Shown piece by piece: positions 63,059 through 64,000 of a DNA stretch of 64,000 bases. A model generated the notes under the pieces. That model was given only the letters and a program-made list of their open reading frames with translations, was not told the DNA's origin and ran no database searches. How positions within the stretch are numbered: position 1 is the stretch's first letter; each line of letters begins with the position of its first letter. The position numbers and the translations under genes are program-made. The stretch is from Okamejei kenojei (Eukaryota). The stretch is from contig CM069151.1 in assembly GCA_035221665.1 (NCBI GenBank), positions 29,450,001 to 29,514,000 of the forward strand. The letters are read 5' to 3'.

Positions 63059-64000
63059 TAAAGTACAGATACACCAGAATACGAAATACTATAGATCCTA
63101 GGCATCTGAAATAAAAACCGAACATTCTCTTCTCATCCACACCACTGGTCAGATCCTTAAAACTTTACACCTGCATCTTGCAAGCTTTTGTTTCATTAAA
63201 ATAGCCATGGAGGTATGTATTCTGTTCCTTTTCAAACGCCTTTTTGACAGGTTGTACTTGGCTCTGTTTATTATTTCACAATATATCTCCCCAGTAAGGC
63301 ATCTTTCTTTAAAAAAGGCCATGACCTTTATTGTATTATCTTCCACTGGGTGGTTTCACGGAGGCTTCTTCCAAAATTAGTTGTTCTTGGCATTATGTGT
63401 ATGTTTCAAACAAGCTACAGCAGAAGATAAATGTTTGGTTCATCTTCATTGGTCATGCTTTTGATTGTATAACACTGTCAAGTCTGATAAAATGCGCTTA
63501 GAGTGAAAATTGTAAATTAATTCATTTTTAAGACTAACTGATATGTTAGGGGCAGTGGGTTGTTTTTTGGCACATTCAAGCCTTGCAGTGAAATGTAGGT
63601 GAGAAACATATTGATTTATTGGGCACTATGGGGTTGAACCAATTTGCAAATCCTCTGCTATCTCAACATCTGAGACTTCGATCATTTTATTCTTAATCCC
63701 CATGCCTTTCTATGTCTTACCATCCATCATTCACTCCCATCTGAGGCTTTAATTTAAAATATCCTTGCTTTGTTCACAAGCTATGGAGTCAGCAGACATG
63801 GTCTGGTCATTGGTGTTGGTGGGGGCAGAGGGGGGGGGGAGGGGCGATGGTGGTGCATTGATTGTGTCACTCCTTCAAACTCCAGACCCCAAATGTTTGT
63901 GGGTTTCTTGTACACCTCTTGATGTGGAGTAACTAACGCAGATGGTTTTGTAGCAGTGGGTCTAAAATAGCCTCAAATTCATCCCCAGATTGCCAAGAAT

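Overview
Eukaryotic genomic DNA, most likely from a cartilaginous fish (skate/ray-like, inferred from HE1/V-SINE and HER1/CR1-type repeats). It holds four + strand coding exons of CACNA2D1 (calcium channel alpha2delta-1, VWA/MIDAS domain): 3242-3292, 3395-3494, 57469-57627 and 59853-59957. The introns between them are 102 bp, about 54 kb and about 2.2 kb. The large intron is packed with transposons: many CR1 and Rex1-like LINE fragments, tRNA-derived SINEs, a two-LTR Gypsy (Mag-like) element with a 5-bp TSD and a CR1 nested in its integrase, a decayed Tc1, Academ-like and ISL2EU-like non-autonomous DNA elements, a Tx1 3' fragment and a Penelope (GIY-YIG) fragment. Two observations stand out. 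(1) Roughly 17 short Penelope-derived modules carry a minimal hammerhead ribozyme motif; one copy has an intact core forming the loop of a perfect 59-bp hairpin on the host sense strand. (2) The Gypsy element has no tRNA primer-binding site but has a 14-nt perfect complement to its own LTR, suggesting self-priming in an element with no chromodomain. Repeat boundaries were read by eye and are approximate unless a TSD or TIR is quoted.
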